Below, in pieces: positions 1 through 8,942 of a DNA stretch of 64,000 bases. Every line of letters begins with the position of its first letter. The stretch's first letter is position 1. Location: NCBI GenBank assembly GCA_965197805.1, contig OZ240229.1:3589039-3653038 (forward strand), read 5' to 3'. The notes beneath the pieces are model-generated. The model saw only the letters and a list, made by a program, of their open reading frames with translations. It did not search any database and was not told the origin of the DNA. The translations under genes were made by a program, and so were the position numbers. The stretch comes from Dehalococcoidia bacterium (GTDB taxonomy: Bacteria; Chloroflexota; Dehalococcoidia; Lucifugimonadales; JAAXIE01).

Positions 1-208
1 GGGCCACATGTTCGGCTCCACCGGGCTGCAGCGTGTGTACCTGCACACCTTGGAGTGGAACGAGAGGGCGCAGAAGTGCTTCGGTAAATGCGGATTCACA
101 CCGGTGAAGACCGTGCGTCGCACCGGGTACGTCTTCCTTCAGATGGAAGTCCACAAGGAAGACTGGGAGCAACTACAAGCCACGCACCATCAGGAAGCCA
201 GCGCCTAG
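1..208 (+). CDS. GNAT-family N-acetyltransferase, C-terminal fragment (gene begins upstream of the window)
   Basis: ORF 8..208 reads LHTLEWNERAQKCFGKCGFTPV, typical of the C-terminal part of RimJ/RimL-type GNAT enzymes. The frame is open to the window edge. Confidence 0.6.
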   Translation, partial: GHMFGSTGLQRVYLHTLEWNERAQKCFGKCGFTPVKTVRRTGYVFLQMEVHKEDWEQLQATHHQEASA

Positions 209-459
209 CTACTTTTCCTCTTCCTCGCCTGTTGGCCCTCTAACCTCTCTAAAATCTCTCCATACTAGTCAGAGCAGTCCGATTTGCGATATCTTACGGA
301 TACAAATGTGGCATTGGCTTCTATCCACATTCAATCAATGAGGTCAATGACGCCGAAGCCGGTAGCGTCGACACGGAACACAAGAAACGCGCGGTGCTAC
401 TCAGGTCTTAGGTCACAACTCAACACTGAATCTACACCATACCGTGAGGAGTTTCACCG

Positions 460-1767
460 ATGATAACCAGAGATGAAAACGAGCTGTTGACACGCGTTGG
501 CCTAGGCACTGCCATGGGCGACCTGCTACGCCAGTACTGGACCCCCGTGGTGCTGTCGGATGAGGTAACGGCAGGCGACCGCACCAAGCGGGTGCGTCTC
601 ATGGGTGAGGACTTGGTGGTCTTCCGCACGAAGAACGGACAACCCGGGCTTATGGCGGAGCACTGCACCCACCGTCGCGCCTCCCTCTACTACGGACGCA
701 TCGAAGACTCCTGCCTCCGCTGCTCCTATCACGGATGGGCTTACTCACTGGACGGTCAGTGCATCGACATGCCCAACCAAGTGGCGGGCAGCCAGTTTGA
801 AGACAAGGTGCGCCACCCCGCCTACCCTTGTCGCGAGTCGGGAGGCGTCATCTGGGCCTACATGGGCCAGGAGGCAGACCCTCCCGACATGCCCGACCTA
901 GAGTGGTGCTTGGTGCCCGCCGACCATCTGCTGGTTACCAAGTTCTTCGTCGAGTGCAACTGGCTTCAAGCCATGGAAGGCGGCATCGACCCAGCCCACG
1001 TCTCCTTCCTCCATGCGCCTTTGGACACTACCAGCGATGCCCAGTTGCGCGAGCTGGATAAGGCGGAGGCTGGATTCGGTCTCACCATGACCATGGAGAA
1101 GGCTCCCCTGCTCGATACCTTGGACACCGACTACGGTGTCCTCATAGCCGCCGGGCGCAACGCGGGCAACGGAAACCGCTACTGGCGCATCACACAGTTC
1201 CACATGCCCTTCCACACAATGCCTCCCATCGAGGTGCAGGATGACCCCGTCTACCAAGCCCACATCTGGGTGCCGTCGGACGACCATAACATGGTCAACT
1301 GGTGCATCACGTGGAGCGCCACACGCCCCATCACCCAAGCCGAGCGTACTGCCATGGTCAACGGTTTGGGAATACACATCCTGGACTACGAACCACCCAC
1401 CAACGAAGCTTATGGCGACATCCGCCTCAGGGCCAACCACACCAACGATTACATGATGGACTGGAAGGCCCACCAGACAAGAGCCTTCTTTGGCGTGGCC
1501 GGTGTGGGTGCCCAAGACCGGGCCATCCAAGAAACCCAAGGCAAAATCTACGATCGCACCCAAGAGACTTTGGGCACCGCCGACATCGGCTTGGTACGAG
1601 TGCGACGCCAGTTGGTCAGTGCTGCCCTAGGGCTGCGCGAGGGTACTCCCGCCCCTGGTCTCGATGCCGCCAGCTACCGGATACGCCCCGCCTCGGTTGT
1701 GGTCTCGAGCGAGGCGTCTTGGTCCGAGGCGGCAGGGGGTGATTTGGTGTCGCAAGTTACAAGCTGA
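460..1767 (+). CDS. Rieske (2Fe-2S) non-heme iron oxygenase, alpha-only type (KshA/phthalate-dioxygenase-like)
   Basis: Rieske motif CTHRRASL...CSYHGWAY. Mononuclear iron motif NWLQAMEGGIDPAHVSFLH (D-x2-H-x4-H). GAGGAG sits 8 nt upstream of the ATG. Confidence 0.85.
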   Translation: MITRDENELLTRVGLGTAMGDLLRQYWTPVVLSDEVTAGDRTKRVRLMGEDLVVFRTKNGQPGLMAEHCTHRRASLYYGRIEDSCLRCSYHGWAYSLDGQCIDMPNQVAGSQFEDKVRHPAYPCRESGGVIWAYMGQEADPPDMPDLEWCLVPADHLLVTKFFVECNWLQAMEGGIDPAHVSFLHAPLDTTSDAQLRELDKAEAGFGLTMTMEKAPLLDTLDTDYGVLIAAGRNAGNGNRYWRITQFHMPFHTMPPIEVQDDPVYQAHIWVPSDDHNMVNWCITWSATRPITQAERTAMVNGLGIHILDYEPPTNEAYGDIRLRANHTNDYMMDWKAHQTRAFFGVAGVGAQDRAIQETQGKIYDRTQETLGTADIGLVRVRRQLVSAALGLREGTPAPGLDAASYRIRPASVVVSSEASWSEAAGGDLVSQVTS

Positions 1768-1857
1768 TGGTCGATTCCTTTCTAACAGAACGTAAGCATT
1801 TTGGAGATTTCCATAGGACCCCTGAACGCTTTATAGGGGGCAGATACCGCAATGAGG

Positions 1858-2103
1858 CTATCCGTCATCGGAAGTCTCTTCCCGATCAAACCGGTCCCGT
1901 CGTTCCTGTAATGTTTCCCCTTCATACAACCAAGTACAAAGTACCTGCCGCGCTGTGCTCCCACCCTTTAAGCTGTTGAGCTAACGTAAAGATCGCCCAC
2001 TCATTTCCGTTGTAACGGACGCGAGTCTTCTCGTTAACAACTTCGCATTCGATTTCATCATCGTCCACTCATTTCAGGATCGAACCAATCGGAATGCTGA
2101 CCA
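1858..2103 (-). pseudogene. Decayed C-terminal half of the T5orf172 gene
   Basis: Downstream of the TAA at 2104, the other frames read MVSIPIGSILK*VDDDEIECEVVNEKTRVRYNGNEWAIFTLAQQLKGWEHSAAGTLY and then WLYEGETLQERRDRFDREE. From memory this is the usual C-terminal domain of T5orf172 proteins. It needs two frameshifts and contains one in-frame TGA. Confidence 0.5.
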
Positions 2104-2568
2104 TTAAAATGTGAAATTTGGCCTCCTTGGAGGTTTTTCTCTCTCGATATCCTCAGTGTCTATTGCCGCCGGTCCTTCCGGGGTCACATCACTGATCTCG
2201 AGAAGCTTCAGAACTGCTTTCACCCTAAACGGCATGAGCCCTTCGAAAAACTCTCGATTCTCTCGCACTCTAAATTCGCCGAAAGCCGTATGCAGAGCCG
2301 CTCCTACGTTGCCATAGTTCTGGACCTCGGCAGCGTACTCGCAATCGAAAGCCCGCGACATGTTGGTGGAATCCAGTTCTTTCATCCGCCTCTGGACGTC
2401 GGCTGGGGAGTCGCCGCTAGTCTTACCTATCTTGATATAGCCTTGCATTGCTGGGTTGCTGAGCACATACACGATACCGTTATTATCAATGGCACCGGCG
2501 GACTGACCTACGACTGGCGGTTGTTGCGAGAGTGGTTCCTGTTCACCAAAGTTGGGCTGCTCAGCCAT
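2104..2568 (-). CDS. T5orf172 / GIY-YIG-superfamily domain protein (N-terminal domain intact)
   Basis: GIVYVLSNPAMQGYIKIGKT...VQRRMKELDST...FRVRENREFF matches the T5orf172 (MUG113-like) domain pattern. Confidence 0.7.
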   Translation of the reverse strand: MAEQPNFGEQEPLSQQPPVVGQSAGAIDNNGIVYVLSNPAMQGYIKIGKTSGDSPADVQRRMKELDSTNMSRAFDCEYAAEVQNYGNVGAALHTAFGEFRVRENREFFEGLMPFRVKAVLKLLEISDVTPEGPAAIDTEDIEREKPPRRPNFTF

Positions 2569-2620
2569 ACTTGCCCCCTCGCATTATCAGGCCGGGACTT
2601 AAGGCGACACTGGACGTCCC

Positions 2621-2833
2621 CTAGTAACCAAATTCAGGCTTATGCCCTCTAACTCTGTCTTGTCTGATCAATATCCACGAGGGAGTGTCAGGGCGGGCTG
2701 GGATGCCCTCCATAGCAGCTTCGCTGAGAATAACCCGCGCCTCGTCGTCCAGCGAGCGATTGTTTGCGAATGCTCGGAGTTCCAGCATTTCAATCACTTG
2801 TTTGCCCAAGCCCTCAACTTTGATAGCATCCAC
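2621..2833 (-). CDS. Arc/FitA-like ribbon-helix-helix antitoxin-type protein (no cognate PIN toxin present)
   Basis: AIKVEGLGKQVIEMLELRAFANNRSLDDEARVILSEA resembles the FitA/VapB RHH pattern (IRNLdd..L..rA..ngrS.E.E.R.IL). Confidence 0.55.
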   Translation of the reverse strand: MDAIKVEGLGKQVIEMLELRAFANNRSLDDEARVILSEAAMEGIPARPDTPSWILIRQDRVRGHKPEFGY

Positions 2834-2951
2834 AATATCCCTCAGCCCGTTGCTAACAACATGATGCCAAGTAGTTTAAGACAAAAGGGCTTGCTCAAGA
2901 TCCACCCCCCAAACGCGTCGTAAACTAGGGAGCAGCTAGCAGAGCCTGCCC

Positions 2952-3866
2952 CTAGCCGACTGACGTCGGGACTGGCGCAGGGTTGTAGAGTTCGACGCCA
3001 ATGGTGGCTGGGAAGACGTTGATGATCTCCTCCACTGTCCAGCGGCCGTTTTTGTGGATGGTCTTCACCGGCTCCGGCTCGTTCAGCAGGGCCACCAAGC
3101 CTTCAGTCACGTTGAATATACGACCGTTGACATGGGACGCCTCGTCCGAGGCCAGCCAAGTCACGAAGGGGGCTACGTCCTCGGCGACGCCACGCAGGCT
3201 ACCGCCGGGAGCGATGCCCCGGGCAGCCCGGAGCTGACGCGCCTCGTCGGGCACCTCGCCAATCATGCGGGTGGAGGCACTGGGGGAGATGGAGTTGACG
3301 GTGGCGCCGTAACGCCCAAGATCGCGAGCAGCGACACGAGTCAGCCCAGCGATGCCGTCTTTTGCAGCGCCGTAGTTGGCTTGGCCAGAGTTGCCGTAGA
3401 GGCCGGATGTGGAACTGAAGGTAATGAACCGGCCTGAACGCTGTTGCCGGAAAAGTATGGAGGCGTACTTCATGAGGGTGAAGGTGCCCTTGAGGTGAAC
3501 GGCGATGACGTCGTCCCACTCCTGCTCACCCAAGTTGAAGAGCATCCTGTCCCGTAGAATGCCATGGCAAGTGACCACGATATCCAGCTTGCCGAAGTTA
3601 TCGATGGCCATCTGCACGATTCTTTCGCCAGCATCCATGGTGGTCACTGATTCGTAGCAAGCCAGAGCCTCGCCACCAGCCTCCCGGATGAGGCCCACCG
3701 TCTGGTCGGCTTGGGCGACATCTTGGCCGCTGCCGTCGACATTCACGCCGGGGTCGACCACGACCACCTTGGCCCCCTCGGCGGCCATCAGCCGAGCCAC
3801 TCCTTGGCCGATTCCCCTGCCGGAGCCGGTTACGATTGCGGATTTGCCTTGCAAAAGGTTTGCCAT
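2952..3866 (-). CDS. SDR-family oxidoreductase, MFE-2-type 3-hydroxyacyl-CoA dehydrogenase-like
   Basis: GKSAIVTGSGRGIGQG Rossmann motif. NSGQANYGAAK catalytic Y-x3-K. About 50 aa C-terminal extension. Confidence 0.9.
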   Translation of the reverse strand: MANLLQGKSAIVTGSGRGIGQGVARLMAAEGAKVVVVDPGVNVDGSGQDVAQADQTVGLIREAGGEALACYESVTTMDAGERIVQMAIDNFGKLDIVVTCHGILRDRMLFNLGEQEWDDVIAVHLKGTFTLMKYASILFRQQRSGRFITFSSTSGLYGNSGQANYGAAKDGIAGLTRVAARDLGRYGATVNSISPSASTRMIGEVPDEARQLRAARGIAPGGSLRGVAEDVAPFVTWLASDEASHVNGRIFNVTEGLVALLNEPEPVKTIHKNGRWTVEEIINVFPATIGVELYNPAPVPTSVG

Positions 3867-3963
3867 ATCAGGTCAGCCCTCTAATATCTCTTGATTGAAT
3901 ACAGTATCCAGCATGGGTCCAACGTGCTCGGCTACAACGTGTGCCTCGTGATCATCAAAGCCC

Positions 3964-4884
3964 TTACTGCCTAGGTGGTTGTGCCGGGGCTGGGTTGTAT
4001 ATACCGTCGGTCAGGTACCCCCTCGCTTGGGGGGCAAGGGTATCCATGTCCCACCCGCCAGCGTTGTAGATGGAGCGGACCGGCCGTGGCTGGGACATGA
4101 GCGATACCTGCCCGCCGTAGACCAAGAAGGTCTGGCCATTGACGTTGGCAGCGTAGTCGCTGGCAAGGAAGGCAACGAAGGGGGCGACGTCTTCAGGGTC
4201 GTTGTCCAGCTCTCCCTCTGTGATGGAGGCCACGCCTCCGCGGGCGCGGGCGTCGCGAGCGGAATCGGGGACGGCCGCCACCATTCTGGTGCTGGCCCGG
4301 GGAGCAATGGAGTTGGCGGTGACACCGTAGCGGCCCATATCCTTGGCCGCTACCTTGGTGAAGCCGGCGATGCCCGACTTGGCGGCCCCGTAGTTGGCCT
4401 GCCCTGAGTTGCCCACCAATCCCGACTCGGAACTGAAGGTGATGATGCGCCCTGAACGCTGCTGCCGGAACAGGATGCAGGCATGCTTCACCACGGTGAA
4501 GGTGCCCTTGAGATGCACGTCGATGACGTCGTCCCATTCCTGCTCGGTCATGTTGAATATCATGCGATCTCGCAGGATACCGTGGCAGGTGACCACGATA
4601 TCCAGCTTGCCGTAGTTGTCGATGGCAGTCTGTACAATCTTCTCGCCTGCCTCCATGGTGACAACGGACTCGTAGCAGGGGATGGCCTCGCCTCCGGCAG
4701 CGCGAATGATTGCCACTGTCTCATCGGCTTGGGATACGTCTTGGCCGCTGCCGTCCACATTCACGCCGGGGTCGACCACTACCACCTTGGCGCCCTCGTC
4801 TGCCAATTGCTTGGCCACTCCTCGTCCGATGCCTCTACCGGAGCCCGTGACGATGGCAACTTTGTCCAGCAAGATGTCTGCCAT
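3964..4884 (-). CDS. SDR-family oxidoreductase, tandem paralog of 2952..3866
   Basis: Collinear with the neighbouring SDR (VAIVTGSGRGIGRG, GQANYGAAK). Start chosen at ATG 4884, with AGGAGG 7 nt upstream. The ORF track extends to 4920. Confidence 0.9.
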   Translation of the reverse strand: MADILLDKVAIVTGSGRGIGRGVAKQLADEGAKVVVVDPGVNVDGSGQDVSQADETVAIIRAAGGEAIPCYESVVTMEAGEKIVQTAIDNYGKLDIVVTCHGILRDRMIFNMTEQEWDDVIDVHLKGTFTVVKHACILFRQQRSGRIITFSSESGLVGNSGQANYGAAKSGIAGFTKVAAKDMGRYGVTANSIAPRASTRMVAAVPDSARDARARGGVASITEGELDNDPEDVAPFVAFLASDYAANVNGQTFLVYGGQVSLMSQPRPVRSIYNAGGWDMDTLAPQARGYLTDGIYNPAPAQPPRQ

Positions 4885-4952
4885 TAAGGTCCCTCCTGAC
4901 CGAACTGTGCGGTCACTCAACTGATTACACTAGGGTCTCATAGAACGGGTGG

Positions 4953-5381
4953 TCACTCCCGCGAGGGCAACTCCACTGTAGCCCTGCCGGGGGTTGTGAT
5001 CTGCCCTTCGCTGTCTTCCAACCATATCTCGCATTCGACTAGGTGGCGGGCCTCTTCCACGTACTTGCGGGTCACCTTGCCCTTGCAATACAGGGGCTTC
5101 CCTGGCTGGTCCATGCCTCGATACTGGCAGGACAGCTTGCGCAGGGTGCCACCCTCCCCGATCCAGTCGGTCATCAATTGCCCAAGGAAGGCATTCTTCA
5201 GGGCACCGTGCAGGATGGGGCCGGGAAGGTCGTTCCCGACGGCGAAGTCCTTGTCGTAGTGGATTTCATAGAAATCGCCCGATGCCCCAGCGTACCGCAC
5301 CAACTGTCGTGTGGTGGGATTCTTCACCAAGGTGGGCACTTCCATTCCTTCTTCTACGTCTTGCCACTGCAACTGGGCCAT
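4953..5381 (-). CDS. MaoC-like (R)-specific enoyl-CoA hydratase, hotdog fold
   Basis: RQLVRYAGASGDFYEIHYDKDFA...GPILHGAL is the MaoC dehydratase signature. Confidence 0.85.
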   Translation of the reverse strand: MAQLQWQDVEEGMEVPTLVKNPTTRQLVRYAGASGDFYEIHYDKDFAVGNDLPGPILHGALKNAFLGQLMTDWIGEGGTLRKLSCQYRGMDQPGKPLYCKGKVTRKYVEEARHLVECEIWLEDSEGQITTPGRATVELPSRE

Positions 5382-5387
5382 TGCCTG

Positions 5388-5432
5388 TCCCCCTCAACCT
5401 AACCCTCTCCCGCCTGGGAGAGGGGACTGCCT
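5388..5432. repeat. GC-rich palindromic intergenic element (REP-like), copy 1
   Basis: CCCTCAACCTAACCCTCTCCCGCCTGGGAGAGGGGAC. Its reverse complement contains GGGAGAGGGTTAGGTTGAGGG, also seen at 58453-58476. Confidence 0.7.
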
Positions 5433-5533
5433 TTTGGTTCTGTTGTGTGACCTCACCGGCTACGGGCAACTTCCGCCTATCGAAGTCCACAGCCTATGGA
5501 TAGTCGCCTCCGCTTCTCTTGTATGAAGCAGGG

Positions 5534-5992
5534 CTAGTATCTGATGAGCGTCGACTTCTGCGTTGCCACCACTTGGTCCAGTTGGTTGGTGTAGGTGGTA
5601 ACGGTGGAGACGAATATCATTGGCCCCAGCCGGCCTGCCCGCTCGGAGACATCGGTCACGCGGTTGATGGCCGTGATGCGGTCTCCGACCCGTACCGGCT
5701 CGGAATACTCCCAATCGCTGCCGCCGTCCAACACCCGTTGGAACTCCTCCTCGAAGGGGAGCGCCAATCGTTCTGTGCGCAGATTGCGCAGGAAGGTGGG
5801 GGTCGCGACGATGCCACCGTAGCGGCTGCGACGGGCGGCCACGTCGTCGGTCCACAGCGGATTGGCGTCCTCGATAGCCTCGGAGAACCGGGCGATGGCC
5901 CCCTTCTCGACCTCCAGCGTAACGGGCGGCGACTCCGTACCAATGGACTGGTTGCGGATCTCTTCGGTGATAACAGTTCCCTGGGAGGTCAA
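5534..5992 (-). CDS. MaoC N-terminal-type hotdog-fold protein (probable partner subunit of 4953..5381)
   Basis: Hotdog-fold-like sequence adjacent to the MaoC gene in the same operon. Its size and position match heteromeric hydratases. Confidence 0.75.
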   Translation of the reverse strand: MTSQGTVITEEIRNQSIGTESPPVTLEVEKGAIARFSEAIEDANPLWTDDVAARRSRYGGIVATPTFLRNLRTERLALPFEEEFQRVLDGGSDWEYSEPVRVGDRITAINRVTDVSERAGRLGPMIFVSTVTTYTNQLDQVVATQKSTLIRY

Positions 5993-6160
5993 GGCAACAC
6001 CTTCAGCAAGACATACGTTCAGCGGATGCGCGCCCGCAGTTTAAGGATGGCTACGAATGGGTGTCAAGGCGGCTCGTAGCTAAGGGCAGGACCTCTCGTT
6101 TGTTGGCGGGGTGGGACATAACGTGCTACCTTTTGAGATTGCGCAGCTATGGAGGGTGTG

Positions 6161-6296
6161 CCATGGTGTCCCATTCTTGTAGCTGGATGAGATACTGGTT
6201 GTATTTGCAAAAATGTTATTTACATCTGATTGTTGTCTCATTTGTCTCACCGCCAGCTTGGGTCGTATCTGAGACAGTGGAACCGTGGTGTCCCAT
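6161..6296. repeat. Word-array locus D: two copies of TGGTGTCCCAT plus scaffold words shared with loci A and B
   Basis: TGGTGTCCCAT at 6164-6174 and 6286-6296. The reverse complement of 6169-6186 is CCAGCTACAAGAATGGGA, identical to 14593-14610. The reverse complement of 6260-6273 is CTCAGATACGACCC, 13 of 14 identical to 59143-59156. Confidence 0.7.
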
Positions 6297-6520
6297 AGGG
6301 CGTCGGGGCAGGCAAGGGACTACCTTCTTTCTTCGTCGCCAGGGGCTCTTCCCCAAGGCCTCAAGGAACATGATATACCCAGGCAAGGTTACTGGGGCAA
6401 GGGCTGTTTGTCAGTGTCCAGTCCCCGTGTCGGGTACAGTGGCGGGCTGTCGCATGAGAACAGGTGGAAGGGTAGGGATATGAGATAGTCGAAAGGCCCT
6501 GTAGCGTAGCTGAAGGGGGC

Positions 6521-8695
6521 CTATAGCTTCTGTAGTGGGGCCATGCCCAGAAGCAGCTTCTTGATGCCGGTCTTCTCGTCGAAGGCGACGGTGGCCTGCA
6601 CATCGCCGTTGGCCACGACGGTGTTGATTACCATGCCCTCACCGAACATCTTATGGAGGACTTTGTCGCCCGGTTTGAGTTCCGTCTCTGGCTCGGCGGG
6701 TTCTGCTGGGGCCCACTTGCCCCAACCGGAGATGGACTGCTGCTGTTGTGGCCTTTCGGGTGCCTGCACCAAGTGTCTTGGGATGTCTTGTAGGAAGCGG
6801 GACGGGATGCTGGGGCCGCTGTTATATCCGAAACCACGACGGAAAGAGCGCACGAGGAAGATGCGGTCTTTGGCGCGGGTGATGCCCACGTAGCAGAGCC
6901 GTCGCTCCTCTTCCATCTGCTTTTCGTCATCGAAGGAGCGTATGTGGGGCAGCATCCCCTCCTCCATACCGACTAGGAAGACCACGGGAAACTCCAGCCC
7001 TTTGGCTTGGTGCAGGGTGATGAGGGTCATCCCCTCCTCGCCCTCCTCGTAGTTGTCCACATCGGCCACTAGGGCGAACCGTTCCAGCAAAGAGTTGAGT
7101 CCTTCCGGCGGGTCTTGGTCCTCGAATTCCTGGGCCACCGTCCGCAGCTCTATCACGTTCTCCCATCGCTCATCGGGGTGCTCCACCTTCTCCTGCAGGT
7201 ACTGCTGGTAGCTGATGCGCGCCAACAGAGTGTCCAGCAGTTCCACCACATCCAACTGTCGGCTGAGCTCGGCGAGGTCGTGGATGAGCTGGTAGAAGCC
7301 TTTCATCGTGGTCGTAGCCCGCACCCCCAAGGGGCTAGTGGCCTCGCCATTGGCCATCTGCTGGATGGCCGTGAAGATGGGGACGTCCTGATGCGCAGCC
7401 CAGCGTTCCAAGTCTTCCAGAGAACGTTGGCCGAACCCCCTCTGTGGCGTGTTGATGACTCGCCTCAGGCTCACCGCATCGTTGGGGTTGGCCAGCAGAC
7501 GCAGGTAGCACATCAGGTCCTTGACCTCTTGACGCCGGTAGAAACGAGTCCCGCCCACCAGCCGGTAGTGCGTCCCACGACGCAGGCAGGCTTCCTCCAG
7601 TAGGCGCGATTGGGCGTTGATGCGGTACATAACGGCGCAATCGCGGGCCGGTATCCCTTCTTCCTTCTCCAATCGGGCTGCCTGCGCCACCACAAAATCG
7701 GCTTCCTCCTCTGCGGTGTGGGCCTCGGCGACGATAATGGGAACGCCATCGCCTCGACCGGTGCTCAGCGGTTTCCGCAGGGACATGAGGTTGCCAGCGA
7801 TGACCCCTTGGGCGGCGGCTAGGATGTTGCCTGTGGAGCGGTAGTTCTCCACGAGGTTGACTGTCTTGGCTTCTGGGTATTCATTCTGAAAGCTTAGTAT
7901 GTTGCGTATGTCCGCGTTGCGCCAAGCGTAAATCGACTGGTCGGGATCTCCCACCACGCAGATGTTGCGGTGACCACCGGCCATCTGCGTGGCCAACTGA
8001 TACTGCACCACATTGGTGTCTTGGAACTCGTCGATCATCACGTACTGGAAGCGGGTCTGGTAGCGCTCCAGAACCTCAGCATCAGTGCGGAACAGTTGCA
8101 CCGCCTTCAGCAGCAGGTCGTCGAAGTCGACAGCGTTGTTGCGTGTCAACAGATCTTCATACCGCTGGTAGGCGCGGGAGGCCCGCTCCTCGAAGTAGTT
8201 GGCTGGGTTCAGTGCGAGGGTGCGCGGGTCGACCATGGTGCTCTTGGCCTTGGATATGACGGCCTGCACCGCCCGACGCGGGAACTGCTTGCTACTGAGG
8301 TCGGCCATCTCTATGGCCTCTTTCAGCACACTCCCTTGGTCGTCGTCATCGTAGATGGTGAAGCCAGGGTCGAGCCCGATACGGTCGCCTTCCCGACGCA
8401 GCACACGCACACAGAAGGAGTGGAAGGTGGACATGGCAACCTGCTGGGCGTCGGGACCAGCCAAGCGGTCCAGCCGCTCCTTCATCTCCCGGGCCGCCCG
8501 GTTGGTAAAGGTGACAGCTAGGATGCGGTAGGGACGAATGCCGTACCCGCCCATCAGGTAGGCGACGCGGTGGGTGATGACCCGCGTCTTGCCGCTGCCG
8601 GGGCCCGCCACGATGAGCAGTGGGCCTTCGGTTGTCTCCACCGCCTCCCGCTGCGCGGGGTTCAGACCTTCCAGTATGTTTCGGGTAGTAGTCAA
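6521..8695 (-). CDS. pcrA: ATP-dependent DNA helicase PcrA/UvrD
   Basis: Walker A AGPGSGKT, DEFQDT, and a collinear UvrD helicase motif set across 724 aa. Confidence 0.95.
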   Translation of the reverse strand: MTTTRNILEGLNPAQREAVETTEGPLLIVAGPGSGKTRVITHRVAYLMGGYGIRPYRILAVTFTNRAAREMKERLDRLAGPDAQQVAMSTFHSFCVRVLRREGDRIGLDPGFTIYDDDDQGSVLKEAIEMADLSSKQFPRRAVQAVISKAKSTMVDPRTLALNPANYFEERASRAYQRYEDLLTRNNAVDFDDLLLKAVQLFRTDAEVLERYQTRFQYVMIDEFQDTNVVQYQLATQMAGGHRNICVVGDPDQSIYAWRNADIRNILSFQNEYPEAKTVNLVENYRSTGNILAAAQGVIAGNLMSLRKPLSTGRGDGVPIIVAEAHTAEEEADFVVAQAARLEKEEGIPARDCAVMYRINAQSRLLEEACLRRGTHYRLVGGTRFYRRQEVKDLMCYLRLLANPNDAVSLRRVINTPQRGFGQRSLEDLERWAAHQDVPIFTAIQQMANGEATSPLGVRATTTMKGFYQLIHDLAELSRQLDVVELLDTLLARISYQQYLQEKVEHPDERWENVIELRTVAQEFEDQDPPEGLNSLLERFALVADVDNYEEGEEGMTLITLHQAKGLEFPVVFLVGMEEGMLPHIRSFDDEKQMEEERRLCYVGITRAKDRIFLVRSFRRGFGYNSGPSIPSRFLQDIPRHLVQAPERPQQQQSISGWGKWAPAEPAEPETELKPGDKVLHKMFGEGMVINTVVANGDVQATVAFDEKTGIKKLLLGMAPLQKL

Positions 8696-8708
8696 GAAGC
8701 TTGTCGGG

Positions 8709-8942
8709 CTACTCGGATTTTCCGTTGGCGGGAATGGACCGGAGTAATTTCGCTTTCAGCTCTTCCGACACTTCTGCCCCTTCCAACACCTTCTCCAACT
8801 CCGCCCGTGCCTCTGCTTGGGCTTGGGCACGACCTTCCGCCCGGCCCTTATCAAGTAGATGTTTCACTCTTCCCGGAACGAACAGCACCATGGCAACTAT
8901 CGCCTCCATCACGAGTATGGCAAACCCGGCGCTCCCGGCCAC
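8709..8942 (-). CDS. Small hypothetical membrane/coiled-coil protein upstream of pcrA
   Basis: N-terminal hydrophobic segment FAILVMEAIVAMVLFV followed by a charged A/E/R-rich tail. Ends 14 nt before the pcrA start. No recognisable family. Confidence 0.35.
   Translation of the reverse strand: MAGSAGFAILVMEAIVAMVLFVPGRVKHLLDKGRAEGRAQAQAEARAELEKVLEGAEVSEELKAKLLRSIPANGKSE

Noticed and set aside
898-1563. Long antisense or alternative-frame ORFs throughout the window. Examples: 898..1563(-), 9139..9924(-), 10003..10956(-), 12862..13593(-), 25331..26299(-), 32354..33244(-), 38135..38821(-), 44012..44716(-), 46513..47112(+), 59263..59919(-).
   Set aside because: Each lies opposite or out of frame to a gene with strong family motifs. 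The translations are Arg/Gly/Pro/His-rich and low in complexity, as expected for shadow ORFs in GC-rich DNA.
6061-6483. ORF 6061..6483 (140 aa) and a structured housekeeping ncRNA (6S, SRP, RNase P, tmRNA) in the maoC-pcrA gap.
   Set aside because: The ORF has no RBS or family resemblance. I could not match any of the conserved cores of those RNAs by eye. The region is better described by the shared repeat words (locus D).
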